This document shows positions 11,420 to 25,348 of a DNA stretch of 64,000 nucleotides, piece after piece. The DNA is from Seison nebaliae (taxonomy: Eukaryota): the NCBI GenBank assembly GCA_023231475.1, contig JALJEE010001494.1:1-64000 (forward strand), in the 5' to 3' direction. Under the pieces are notes generated by a model. It saw nothing but the letters and a program-made list of their open reading frames with translations, was not told where the DNA came from and ran no database searches. Positions within the stretch are counted from its first letter, which is position 1, and each line of letters starts with the position of its first letter. The position numbers and the translations under genes are program-made.

Positions 11420-12250
11420 TGTTATGTTCACTTTCAGAAGAACATGTCTCTCAACTGGTCGACATAATGTTTGGAGGTTGATAACTGGAAAACCTTCGGC
11501 GAATAATTGTTCCGATATCTCTGTCGAATCTTTTCCGATTCACTTTAATTTATACAACTATCGTTCCATTCGATCTCATGACGTCTCTCATGAATCAATT
11601 ATCGCATTAACCTCGTTCAGCATGCTCTACCGTCGTTCATTTCGAATCTTACCAACTACGTTAATTCGTCGTTGTTGCAAGACAATTTTTCTTCCTCTTC
11701 TTTCATCTTCAAAGTGATTCCAATCTTGAAGAAGCCGAACCTAGATTCCTCCTCATAAATTCGTACCAAATTCTTATCAAAACTGTAAAAAGTTCGTAAA
11801 AATAAATCACATATTTTTCTGATTTTCATTTTGACTTCTTCCATCACGTGTTTAATAGTGTTCAAATGTATATCTAACAATTGTAAGGATAGGAAATAAG
11901 TTTCGAAATAAGATCTCAAATAGAAGTATTAGAAGTTAGATAAAATTTAACTTCTTTAATTTCATTTCGGTTTATATCTGATGAGAACTTTAAATTTATA
12001 ATGAATAGAAATTATTTTTATTTAATAAAAATTAATTAGCAAAAATGGTGTAATAAATAACTTAACTACAACTAACTTAATTACATTGCACATCATATTT
12101 TCTACTATTTTTAGCTCATTATATATTTCTTTTTCTAAAATTTATAATATTTAATTCATGTCGATGTTCCAATAAAACATAAATATAAGAAAGGTGGAGA
12201 TAGAATTCTATTAACTAAGTCATAATACACGTCATTTATAATGACTCAAA
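11420..12250 (-). pseudogene. Decayed coding-like segment (copy B), paralogous to 8240-8680
   Basis: Minus-strand coding-like frame (YFETYFLSLQLLDIHLNTIKH..DLFLRTFYSFDKNLV) broken by several stops. Nucleotide similarity to copy A over ~11760-12245. Contains a putative GTT...AG micro-intron. Confidence 0.45.
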
Positions 12251-12558
12251 GTTATTTAATATCATCCTCTTTAACATCCATACGTAGATGTTTCGAAATA
12301 ATCATATGATTAATCCAAAATTTCATATTTGGAGATTGAAAGGAATAAGAAGATTTTCAAAATTCGTTTCAGAAACTTTAAAATTAAACCTACAAATATA
12401 ACATTAGTAAGTTAGACACATCATTAATTAAACATCAAAATGAAAATAACTACAATATACATTCACTGTTTTATTTTGATTGTCAATCATCCTCCTGTTA
12501 TCTTCCCTTCATTATGTAGATTAACATGCAGTTTTGCAGTTTAACGGTTTCTTCTATT

Positions 12559-14395
12559 AATTATTATTATTATTATTTATTGCTCACAAAAAGTGAAAAA
12601 AACTCCCATAAAATTCTGCAAGATAAAATAAAAAATGAGTTAAATTAAAGAAAAAAAAAACAGAAAAATAAAAATGAAAATAAAGGATTAAAAAAAGAAA
12701 GAAGAGAGAAAGATAAATCTACAGCACGAACACTCATGACGAAATATTAGATATATCTAATAATCATACAAAGTGTTCCCGTTCAGAAACTCCGATAACT
12801 CGCTAAACTTGTTTTGATCGAGCATATGTCGGGCATTGGAAAGATGAGGGAGGAGATTTGGTTGCAGAAGGTTGATTGATGAAAAATTGTAAATAAAGTT
12901 CTTAAATTCAGATGAAGTTGATGATGCCCGTATATCATATTAATCTCGAACATGACGCAAAATCGATCTGTCAGATTCCAACATTTCAACGATCAACGAA
13001 TCCATACCTTGAAACGAGGGATAAGCTGAAACCCCATCCAAAACTCCTAAGATTCTCTTTGCGAATATAATCGGAAAAGGAACAAGATCCGTAAGAGAAA
13101 ACAGAAATGCTCTATTGCAGCGACGGAAGCAACCGACGAAGCGACGAACGGCCCTTGAAAAACATCTGTCCATAGCTAAGAAAGAGCTTGATGAAGCGAC
13201 AAAAATAGAATGGAGTCCAAATAGCGGTTGAACTAACATGGTGAATAAATATATTTTTGTTCGAAGAGGAAAGAATTTGACACGATTGAGAAACGAGAAA
13301 TAAATTCGACAAAAAGAAGAAGGAATATTATCTAGAGAACTGGAAGAGAGTTTCCACGAGTCTGGATGGACACCGAGGAAACGAGTAGACGGAGATAATG
13401 TGATTGGAAGATTAATAATTCGACTCCCAGCCGTAGAAGGTGTTAGGTTCTTCGATTGATTCACCGATATACCTAAGTTACATAATGTCACCTTGGTGAA
13501 TGATAACACATCCAATAGACTCCGATTAGACGTGGAAAACAGTACGATGTCATCAGCGTAAGCATGTGCTGCTGGAATACGAGATGACATAAATAGAAAA
13601 ACGAGAATTGATTGAATCGACTGCCGAATCGAGAGCAAGACCGAACAGCCACGGTCCTAGTATCGAGCCTTGGCGAACACCTCGATGAACTTGGAAAAAA
13701 GCCGACTGCTGATTTTTGCCCAATACGGAACAGAATGATCGTGAACACAATGTTTTTATGAACGATAACATAGAGTGATGAACTTCACGGGATTGCAGAT
13801 AATTTAGTGCAGGAAGTACATCGATGGAATCGAACGCTCTTGATTCGTCGAGAAGCGAAATATGAAGAGGACGGTTCGTTGTCCTATGATAATAGATTAA
13901 GGATCTCACAATGGCCACGCAAGGATGCACCCCTCTGTTGTTTCTCCTATAAGCACATTGAACTGTGGAGAAATAAAATTCATATTGGAATCTTCTTATA
14001 ATCACACGTTCAAAAACACGAAGGAGGAACCAAGGAACACAGATGGGACGAAAGGAGCTAACCAGTGACGAATCCAACAGTTGATTCTTCAGGATTGGGA
14101 CAATCCTGAATTGGAACAGATCGTCCGGAAATTCATTCTTCGCCAGACAATTGTTAATGAGAGAAGAAATCTTTGGTAGAAGACTCTCGATCAACAATTG
14201 AGCCAGCATCGGACAAACGTTATCACAACCATGTGCAGTTGAGCTCTTTAGTGAAGTAATGGCAGATCTAATTTCATCATTTGAAAAAGAAAAGAGATAA
14301 ATGTTGGATTAATTAGAAGAAAAAGAAAGTAAGATGTCGGATGAATACATATAGGACGTATAATGTTCGACAAATTCCTGAATAGTTGGATTCGA
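12559..14395 (-). mobile_element. Non-LTR (LINE) retrotransposon RT region, frameshifted, with 3' UTR and (TAA)n tail
   Basis: Motifs FRPIC, LLDESRAFDS, GVRQGSILGP in ORF 13553-14209; YADDIVL and RFLGVH in another frame (12940-13638). On the minus strand a T-rich 3' UTR is followed by AATAAA and (TAA)n at 12559-12581. Homologous to the 8680-9530 copy. Confidence 0.9.
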
Positions 14396-15039
14396 ATTTA
14401 TTATTTATTTCAATTTTATAATTCAATTAATTTATATTCCTCATTTCTCCCTCCTAGTTCTCCCCACTTGATTATCGTTTTTTGCATCGATGTATTATAA
14501 AATCTGTTATTTCATATTTCACTTCCATTATGTTCAACCCACTTCAATAGTTCAATTTAAAATTCAAATAAGTTCATGATTATAATTTAGAATATCTAAC
14601 AGAATATCTTGTAAGAGTATCTTTTATTATCCTATAAATTCTGATAAGTTTCCTTCTATCTCATTGTACAGATATTTAAAAAAATACTGTGACCATCTTT
14701 GAGTTTCTGTTTATGGATCTTATATTGAATTCATAAATAGAGCTATACCGAAAAATAGTTGGAGAAAATATCGTGTGATGGAAAAAAAATTTCTTATGTA
14801 TTTCTATTTTTCAATTATAAACCTAAAAATTCTTTATTAACTCAACCTCTCAACCTTAATCGTAGATGCTTTATGATTCGATATCTTTTCGGAGTAAAGT
14901 TAACATTGTGAATCAGAAAAATTTTAGACTCATACTGTATTTTTCTAAAGCCAAAACTCGATAGTTTGTAAAATATTTCGATTGTTCCCATTAATGGGAA
15001 TCACATTCAGTAGTTGGGAATTATTCCTGAAAATCAACG

Positions 15040-15345
15040 GCATTGATTTGAATTATTCGACTGTTTTTTCCTTACCAATTTCGGGCCCATGGTTTGAGGC
15101 CCATTATCATTGGAGGGAGGAGAACGGTTGCTCATACTCACGTAATTACGATTAGCCGAGTTCCGTAGAACGAAATGTAGTGAGAGTGGAAGATGATCGG
15201 AGAGAGAAGAAGGAATAGAGTCATGTAATAGAGAACATCCTAGCAGAGAACAATAACAATAGAGAACATCGAATGAACAGGTGTTATGAGGAAGGAAAGG
15301 ACGATCGACACACTATGCTTGAGAAATAGACAAGAATTCCTCCAG
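15040..15345 (-). mobile_element. Remnant of a LINE apurinic-like endonuclease domain
   Basis: Minus-strand translation ..SSLSDHLPLSLHF.. (SDH at 15193-15201) matches the terminal APE-endonuclease motif. It lies upstream of, and on the same strand as, the RT at 12559-14395. Confidence 0.55.
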
Positions 15346-15449
15346 TCTATTTAGCGATTATTAACTTAAATTTAAAAATATTAAAAAAAAAAGAAATAAT
15401 TTAAATAGTCAATTACTCCACGAGAAGAAATGAGTAAAATTATAGTATA

Positions 15450-16554
15450 TTATGATTTGTCCTTTTTTAGACGAACTTGTTTCACCGTTTGATAGAGACC
15501 ATTGAATGGCAACGCTTTCAATATGAGCATGTCGATTTCTTGGAAACTTATCTTCAAATCTTTCAGATCAACAAAGAAAAATTTAATATTTTGAGCTTGA
15601 GGATAATTCCTTAAGAATAAATGATCCTTGTCAATTGTGAGACATGATAGTTGAAGGAAATCCACATTCTCGATATGATTAATGTCGCACAAGATTCTTC
15701 CTTCATTCGACAATCGAATTTGACAATTAATTTTAAATGTTTTCCGCTCTTTATTCTCACACTGAATTCGACGTTTGATGATTTTCATTTGTTCTTTCGT
15801 TAAATAGAATTGACGAACGACATTAATAATCTCTTCGAGATCCCAATGTTTCATAAAACATGAACAATTATCATGCACTAAATGTTTCGTATCATTCTTT
15901 TGTATTCGCTCCACAATCGCTTCACATTCTTCACAAAGTTGTTCGGTGATCATTCGATGGAATGCCGTCAATCTTCCACTACAATGTTGCAACATCGTTC
16001 CAGGTTGATGGTCGAGGAAACATAAATGTCCCAATTCGTGTAACAGAGCTGACCATTCGTTATTGATGGAATCAACCTTCTTTTGTAAGATGGCGCATTT
16101 TACTTTTTCTTAAAAATTTATTGGAATTTCCATATAATAAATATAATGAAAAATAATAATAAAAACCTTTCTTACATAAATAGTCCAATTCGTCTATGTT
16201 GCGCCAAGAATGGGGAGTTATCGAGAGGAAAATATATCGACCAATAGTCAGTGTGGCATTGTCGAAACTAATTAATGACGAATGAATAATGTAGACGTTA
16301 AAGAAGGTGGAATTTGGTTGTTTATTTCGATCGTGATCTCGGGCGAAATTCATCATTTGTGACGTCTTGCTAAATAGATATTTTGTGACAGTATTGGAAT
16401 ATTTTAATTTGATTGTGGGTAATACTCCTCCATTGAATCGGAAGACTTCTGCGAAATAATCGAACATTTTCGTCGCCATCGCTTCGACGAAACGTTTCGT
16501 ATATTCATCGCGATATGGAGAGATATATTTAATATGGATCACATCCATCGACAT
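15450..16554 (-). CDS. Putative zinc metallopeptidase (HExxHxxxxxH), possibly a divergent YIL108W/Metallopep-like protein; two exons
   Basis: A 58-nt GTTTTT...AAG intron (16166-16109) joins ORFs 16072-16554 and 15450-16034 in frame, giving WSALLHELGHLCFLDHQPGTML (motif at 16008-16040, candidate Met-turn). The family assignment rests on weak resemblance. Confidence 0.65.
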
Positions 16555-16907
16555 GATTCATCATCGATAAACTAAAACAAATCGAGATCTGATAAATTAA
16601 GAAGAATGTTTTTTTTTTGATAAATTAGAGAATTTGAAAGAGGAAATTGAAAGAGAGGAAGAAAATGGTAGGGAGAATGTGAGAGAAAGAGAGAGAGAGA
16701 GAGAGAGAGATTTTTCTACGCCAATTCGACTAAATCGATAACGAGAAAAGAAGTTACTTGTTATTAAAATATTGTTCGTTTGTGGAAGGGCAGGAGGGGG
16801 GAAGAAGGGAGGGCGTTAAGGAAGAAGTGGGGATCTTTGATCTCACATAAATAATATTTTTTTTCCCACAAATTTAACTAAAATCAGAAATTTCTTCTTC
16901 ATTCCAT

Positions 16908-18889
16908 TCAATTGGATGGTGGAATTGGATAAGTGAATCGCTGATTCATCAATTGACTAGATGTGTCGTCATAAGTTCCATAGACATCGGGAATACCAGT
17001 CTGGTAGTAACCAGAGGGCATGTTCGGAGGTAGTTGAGTGTAAACGTGTGAAGGATTAGGAGGTGGCACTTGTGTCTGTGGTTGTTGCAAAGTGACATGT
17101 GCATATTGCTGCGAATAATCATTAGGATAAATAGGATATTCATTCTTTTGTCGTAAATATGGATTATGAGTAAATTGTCCCATCGTCATTGTTGGTTGAG
17201 CTTGACCCAATTGTTGTTGTTGTTGTTGTTGTTGAAGTTGTTGATTAATTATTGGAGGAATGTTTTGAGATGGATGAGTCAAATTATTCGATTGAATTAA
17301 TCCATTTGAATTATTGGTTGGTTGAAGGAGATAACCGGTATACAATCCTCCATTTGAACCGATTTGTGAATAAGCACCTAATGCATCTCCATTTATTCCC
17401 AATTGATCATACGAATAAATTAATTGTGGCATTCCATTCTGGAAATTCTGTTCCATATATTCCGGTTGTTGTTGTTGTTGTTGTTGTTGATGTTGATGAT
17501 GATGATGATATATTTGTTGATCTTGTGATTGTTGATCAACAATCGGTAGATCATGTTGTTCCTGATGATAATCAGTTGGCGACGGTTCGATCTATTTGAT
17601 GAGAATTCATAAATTTTATAAAAATTTTAAATTTTAACTGATTTCGATTGATCGACAATTCCATTCTCTTTCACTTCCTCTTTATCAGACGATGACGATA
17701 CCTCTAAATTTCCCGTTTCTACAATTTTCATTTCCTTCTCACAATTCACTTCCAATTTGATATCTTCAATTTTCGTATCAACAATCTCAACCGCCGAATC
17801 CACCGGTTTATCCTCCGTCTGACCATTAACCTTCTCCTTTTGCATTCGATTCAATAATTCATTCCGTCTCGTTTGTTCTCGAATAAATTTTGAAGTATCT
17901 TCATCATTCGGTATATGTGTCGTGGCAATAGATCCAAAAGTTGACACATCTTTTTCTAAATCATCACCACAATAATTTCCACCATCATTCTCTATATCAA
18001 ATCACAAATTTCATTATCATCATCATCATCATCAAAGGATAAAATCGTTAAACTTTTATGAACATCAGATGCATCTGCAGTTCCTTCATCGTCACTTCCT
18101 TTTCTCCGTTTTTCAGCGATATCTCTCGCCACAGCTTGTGTATGTCTCAATTTCTCTTCGTCCACCACCGGCACAGGAACACTAAAAAATAAAGAATATT
18201 TTTGAAAGATTTTGAAGAAATAAAATAGAAACTTTGAATAAACTGAAAAAGCACAATCTTTTGAAGAAGAAATCTCTTCGGGAAGAGGTGGTCCCAATTC
18301 TTCTTCATTCAATTCTGTCATTTCTTCCATTTCCATCTGTCCAAAAATCATTTTATTTCAATCTCTTACGAACGTTAGAGAAAACTAACAGAAAATTTCA
18401 ATAAAGTTTTCTCTTCTAAACTTCGTTCGATCGGTCTATTCTGCTTAGTGATATCTTTATCAATAAAACAATTTCCTAGAAAAATAAATTGGAGAAATTG
18501 GTTGGAAATGGAAAAAAAACCGTTAGAAATATTCTTCGAATTCATTTCGCGTGGAATGTATTCGATCGAAGCAATTTGTTTCAAATCTATTTGTACTTGA
18601 TCCTTCTCCACTCTCTCTCCATCACTACTCGTCCAATTGGTGAACGTTAAACAATTCTAGAAGAAAATCGTTAGAAAACCGTTGGAGGAAAATCGAGAAC
18701 TTTCCGATTCTGAAATTTCATATTTCCATAATGCTTTTGCCCATCGATCGTCGTGATAATCGTCTTTCCGCCATCCTGAATATGACATGAGAATAACCAT
18801 CAAAAAAAAAAAGAAGGAAATCGAACAGGAAAATATTTTTCGAGAATGGCCAAGTTATCCTCAATTCCATGTCCATTTTCATAAACCAT
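16908..18889 (-). CDS. Ataxin-2/Pbp1-like protein (divergent LSm and LSmAD regions, Q/P-rich C-terminus); eight exons
   Basis: Exons 18889-18827, 18775-18701, 18656-18521, 18475-18390, 18336-18233, 18181-18054, 17991-17639, 17591-16908 splice into one open frame. Motifs FIDKDI, EEKTLLKF, FSVYS.VPV, QAVARDIAE and DDLEKDVSTFGSI resemble the ataxin-2 LSmAD region; polyQ tracts follow. The exon structure is better supported than the family call. Confidence 0.6.
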
Positions 18890-21800
18890 TCTCCCACAAA
18901 ACGAAGTCTCTTCAAATGCGAGTAATAAAAAAAACGTTCACAAGAATAAAATGTTAATGCAACGTTTCGATCTGTTATATAGCCGAATATGATCACTAAA
19001 AGTAAGCTATTGAATAACTTGATCCATCGAGAATGGCTTAATTTTTAAATTTTATTCTCTCACAAACCATTCATCATTTCAACACCAACATTTCTAATTG
19101 CATTTTTTAATTAAGAATATAACTGTACTGATTCATGACTACGGTACAAGTGACGACACCCCTAATTCCAAAGAGTTCAATTCTCATTTCAATTAAACCG
19201 TTGTTCTATAATTTTCATTCTTTTTTTGCACGAAATTTTTTTCATTAAAATTTCTAAAATTTTTTAAATGAAAATTTTCAACTTTATGTCATGAAATGAA
19301 ATTTATAATTTCTAATGCATAAAGGATTTTATTACCAGAAGTTTTTGTTCAAATTTAAAATATAAATAAAATTCTAGAAAATTAGAATAAACTGATTCTC
19401 ATATCATGAAACTCCAATAAGGTAGCGTTAATGATATATTATTGACATTAATAAATAATTTTATTAATTATAAAAAATTAGAGAATTTTGAATAACTGAA
19501 AATGTTTGAATTAGTAGTCTTTCAAAAAATTAATGCGAAAAAAAATATTTCCATTCCAAACTTGATTTATTTGAATGTCTATTATTGTTAAGCTTAATTT
19601 TTAAATTTGAATACTTCGGATATTAAATTAAAATATTGGATTTTGGGGTGAACATTGATCAGTGAAATATGTCCGATAATCTATTAATATATGGTGAAAG
19701 AAATGATCTATATTTATCAATAATTTCCTCGATAAATTTTCCTCCATAATTTCTTTGATCATCAACTATGTAGTACGTGGGTTGATGATTTGATTGAGAA
19801 GTAAACTAGTCTGAACTAAATCCATGTGATTATGGGGGAGTTATCAATAATCGATGGACACTCTATCCAATAGAGTAGAGATCACATCGTCCATTGACTA
19901 GGAGGAAAACTGAAAATTATTCAACTGTTTTTTTATTCAAAGAATTATTGAGGGGGCTTATGTGTGAGTAGGAGAATGAACGATCTCCACACACTCTCCT
20001 TCAATGGTTTGTAGTAATAGTAACGTAAGTTCCGACGAGTATTGCAATAGATGACATGCGTATGCGTTTATTCATGTCCGATATTACTCATAATCTCAAA
20101 GCAATATGTTGTAAGATTTTCCCAAATGAAATGTCAATTAATCATTTCACGAGACATATAATGATTGAGATTTTTTTCATTTCTATATCCACACAAATAC
20201 ATGAGGAGTGATGTATTGGGACTTATGAATTGCATGCATCTTCGCAATACACACTCCCATTTCATTTGAGCCCTCTCATGTGTATAAATTAATCAGTCAT
20301 ATAAATAGAAGTGGATAAATGAAAAGTTTAACAAAAAATTTTTACTTTCCTTCCCTAAAACTTTTATGTTTTCCTCTTTCCTCTTCTCTTATGATTTATG
20401 TGTGAAACGCACGTGATTATTTCAGGAGGATCTTCTAATTCCCCATTCTAAATATCACAGTTTCAACACTTGTCCAATAAATTATCTTATCTTAATTTTG
20501 TCCAAATAACATTTTTGTTCCGATGGAAATGTGAAGTAGCACTATCCCTATTTTCCACTCCCCTCCAATATATTCATATCACTTGTAAATGTAAATGACT
20601 ATTTAATGCTTCTCAATAAAATTTAATATTAATATTTATTGAATAAATTCAATCAATTCAAATAGAAAATTTGTTCTAATTTTATTTATGAAATTTTATA
20701 GTTTTCTTATATTTCTCCTCATTTCTCTAAAGCTTTCTTTTTATTCGATCAAATTCGTTCATAATTTACAATAGAGAATTATAAGAAAGTTTATGATGAT
20801 ATTTCAATGGAAAAGTTCGAGAAAATTTGTAGAAAATTTAAATTTTCGATAATTTCACTAAATGTTTCCAGAAAATCTAATAAATGTTCTCATTAATGGA
20901 ACTATTAATGGAAGAAGAAGAATAATGTGAGTTGGAGAACATACTCGAAGAAAGATGAATTTCCCATAAATTGGATTTTTATTTTTATTAAAAATATTTT
21001 TTATCCAAAATTAAATTTGACGTGGAGACGATGAGATGGGAAAATATTTGATGATTTTCTTGATTAGTGTGACGTTTAAATTGGAGATAAATTAAAGAGG
21101 AAAAGATAAGGAGATATAGGTCAATCGCTTCATATTTTTCAGTTTGAAGAAAGAATTAAGTAATTTACAATTGATTGAATTATGATTGAAGATGAATAGA
21201 AAATGGAGGAGAAATTGTTTTTGAAAATAAAATTTCTCGAGTAGAATAATTGGTATGTTGGGCATGGGATGAGGTGATGGAAATGATTGGTTCACAGGAC
21301 TTCAAATGGTTTTTGGAAGGAAATGAATATCGGGAGGTTGTGTTTATTTAATATGGTTCGTTTCCCTCATGTTGCAATAACATTCATAAACAAATATTGT
21401 TTTATCAACAATTCTTATTTGTTAGCGAAATGAGAAAGAAATTTTATGTTAGACGAGAAGACGAAGAAGAAATTAAAGGACGAGATGATTATCGGAAGAA
21501 TTCGAATGGGAGGAATGTGGATAAGCGCTCAAATGTCCCGATCTTTGTGGGGTGGATAAGAAATGAATTGGAGAGTATAATACACTTATCTCCGTCTAAT
21601 ATAATAGACATATATAATATATTATCATGTTCATCAAAAATACATATAGGATGTTATTGTTAGAAATTTATTGGTATGAACGACGTGATTGAAGGAAGAG
21701 ATGAATGGTTGATGTTTATGTGTATGTTAAGAAGTGTGTTGTTGTTATTAGTGTTCATACAGTTCAGATGAGGTGAAGAGGTCTCTATTGATTCAATAAA

Positions 21801-24800
21801 TGAATATTCATTCTCCAACAACGATGACGAATATGAAGAGAGAGAGAGAGAGAAAGAGAGAATATTGGAAAATAAGTGATTTGAATAAAAGAATTCATTT
21901 TCTTTGGAATTTCAATTGCTTTACAATTCTGTCATTTAATCTCTTCCATTTAAGAATATTCCAGACCGTTCTCTATGTGGACGGTGACTTCGTCCAATTC
22001 GTGTTAAAGAACCCCTAAAAAATTTCTAGTTAGTATCGAACCAAGTAATCAAATGAGTGACTTAGCTAGCAAATTGGGGAGTTAGCGAGCTAGCTAGATA
22101 AATAGAGATACTTCGCTAGCTAGAGTTGGTTGGTTGGTTGGTTGGTTAGATAGATAGATAGATTGAAGACAGGGCTGAATGTGTTGTTGTTAATTCTTTT
22201 TTTTATTTATAAAGAACAAACATTATTTCTACATGTGGATAGTTGGAGTATAGTCAATTATCATGATCTTTCGCCGTCATTTCAAATGGATTGTTCTATG
22301 GCGTTCTATGACATTTTCATCAAATGGACATTATGACAAGAAATATCATTAGAATTTTTATTATTCCCAAAAAATTTCCCAAACAGAAATTTCGAGATGA
22401 AACATAGATGAAATAGTTGAATTTTTTTAATGGATTGGAAATGATTCGGAGAAAAATGTTGTTTATCATCTTATTAATGAGATGAATTTCATGTTTATAT
22501 AGGAGAGTGGAAATTATGATTTACGATATTAAACACATTTACATTTCCCCTCACCTCCCCTCTCCTCCCAACCATCTTTCACCATTTCCTCTAACAAGAA
22601 ACCCAACTACATTTGTAAGAAACTTTTTAGTTTAATGCGATTAATTGTCGGAGGAACAAACTCTCATTAATCATGCTACCTCATATTCCAAAGACGAATA
22701 TTCCCAGTCCCAGAAATTTATCATATAATTTGTCATCGAACGAATTTTTAGGAAAAAACTACACCCAATTTTTTCTATGATCAAATAGAGATAATGTGAA
22801 ACTCACTCACTTCTCCCATTACCCTTCGATTGGTATGAGACGATCCCTACACGACAGCCACTACCATTTTTACTAGGGGAGTTAGAGGAAAATTGTTTCT
22901 ATTTAATTAATTATATGGGCTCTCCCCTTCACGTATCCTTCCCACCCAGAAGTCTCCTCTCATACATTCTCTATATGTGAAACACCACGAGGACAGTTTA
23001 GTTATTGGAACTTTTTCTTAAAACTTTTAAACATGGTAATGAAATGATTTTATGAATAGACTTCCATTAGAAATTTGGTATTGGGAAGATTGATGAATTA
23101 TGTCCAATTGTGAAAAGAAAATTTACAAGAGAAAAAATTGTCCCCATTCAAATTTCTTCTCTAAACAACTCCGATGTATATGTTCAAGTGGCGTGATTGA
23201 ACTGCGTATGAGAAATAATTGAGTTTAATGGAAATTATTATTTTCTTCATTCCATCCCAGCTTCCGTACACCATGTAGCACATATACGGAAATATGATAA
23301 CGTTAAAGAAACATGATTTCCTCAACGATTATGAACTTCGGTGGACGAATCAAATCGGAACAAAATAAATAGTAGGTGAACATGAAATGATGTCATAATC
23401 ACAACGAAATGGGGCCGTCCTCCAATTACCACTTAATTACCGTCGATCTCCCAATGAGAACGAGATATCATTAATTCTCGAATAGTTGACTAATCGATTG
23501 ATGATCCATGAGATGCGTCATAGTTATACTTGAAAAATTATTGCTTTTTAATAAACCATTAAAGAAAAAGATGAGATGTTTCGCTTCCCACACTTTCTCC
23601 CCCAACCAAACAACGGCTTACTATTTGGCGGACTAAATTACTAAATGGAGAAATTCGGAATGGGAAATTGAAATTGACTTTTTTACTGTCCTACTGCCCG
23701 GGCTCTCTATATCTGGCCATTGTGGTTATGTTGATATGCAATTTTATGAATTATTATGTATATCTCTTACGTAATCATACGAACGTTTATGTGTGTATGT
23801 GTGTGTGTGTGTGTGTATGGGAGGAGTGAATATATACATAAAATTTTTTTCTCCAATTAAACATTAAGTTTGTGTGTGTGTGTGTGTGTAGCACACAAAG
23901 TTCAAAATGAGAATCATATTAATTGAACATGAATAGGTATGTTATGAATAAGGAGCTTGATATAATTAAAAGGGAAGTAAAATGGGCGCCGTAGACCACT
24001 CCCTGGATGGAGTCGAACGAAGTTGAAGAACGTACATTAGTGTTCTGGGCAAGGAAAAGGAAAGGAAGGTCTCCTTCCACGTAAGAGATAATATACGCCC
24101 CGCCCAGTTCAATGAAGCGTTCGGTCATTTTAAAATGGTTTCTCCTTAAATACTTTCACACTTATTCAACTAAATGTCGGATATGATGTTGCATGTGCTT
24201 CACGTTCATCGTTCGAAGGGAACATCTTCTTCTCTCATAAGTATAGGAAGGAGGAACGATTGAAAAATAGTTCATCATTATCTATCGACTATCAGTCATT
24301 GTCCTTAGTAGTAGATCGTTACAGTTGTGCACATATTTCATTCGATGTCTAACCTGTCTATACGATTATGGGAACCCCCTTCACTTGGGAGTGGTGATGG
24401 AATTCTATAAATTGTCCATCATCATTTTCAAATTATTCTAATTCAATTTTCCCATTCACCTCTTCAATTTCCCTTTGCACTCACTCTCCAATTGTAGTTA
24501 ATGCTATTGAATGAAAATGAGGCAATTCATTCCTTGTTTTCAAGTACTAAAATAAGAATCGTTCCATATCTTTGCGTTTCCACAAGCTCTCATGAACACA
24601 TGAAATGCGCGTGCAATTTTTGAAAAAAGACATACATGTGACTCAGGAATGAAGTGAAATGTGATCGACTATTGCATGTATCTGATAACAAGTATTTATA
24701 ATAAAAGAAACTCAATTTCAATTTTTCCAATTCATAAACAACTTTCCCTTGAACAAATGAATTTTTAATTTTCTTCTGCTTGGAATATTTCCCTTAAACA

Positions 24801-25348
24801 TAATTCATTCTTTCTTTTCTGATTGAATTAAGAAGAGAAGTTCTCTATTTCATAGAATACTGCTTCTTTTATTTTTACTTTGAAAAAAAGCAACAGAAAA
24901 ACAAAGGAATTCGATTAAGCTCTTGACAAATAATTGACACGTGTATATAAAAAATACTCGTTTTGTGGTGACGAGAGAAATTTGTCATTTAGTGTAGGAT
25001 GACAAAGAATCTTCAACTGTTATATACGGATCAAGTAAGGATGAACGAATGTGCGTAACTGTGTTTGTGTGTGTGTGTGTGTGTGTACATGTTGAGAAGG
25101 AAAAAAATATGAATTAATTGGTTTAATGGGATATTAATTTAAAGGAGGAAAAAGTTGAGAAATAAAAAAATTTTGAAGATTTGTTTCGATTTTTTAATTA
25201 AATTAATTTTTAGTTTCAGTTGATTTTTTCTAACAAATTCAATCCATCGTTTCTATTTGTGCGCAATAGATATCTCCTTTCTCAGAGGATTGTTGGTGTA
25301 ACAACATACTCCAAACTGTCGTGTTAACTGATAAACGAAGTGGAACCG

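Noticed and set aside
14669..14937. TA|CAG...CTG|TA-bounded segment between the LINE endonuclease remnant and RT
   Set aside because: Inverted similarity beyond the terminal bases is too weak to call a MITE.
23960..24135. GC-richer island, considered as an snRNA or other ncRNA gene
   Set aside because: No U1, U6, SL or tRNA motifs recognisable; could be a TE remnant. I found no snRNA gene anywhere in the window by eye.
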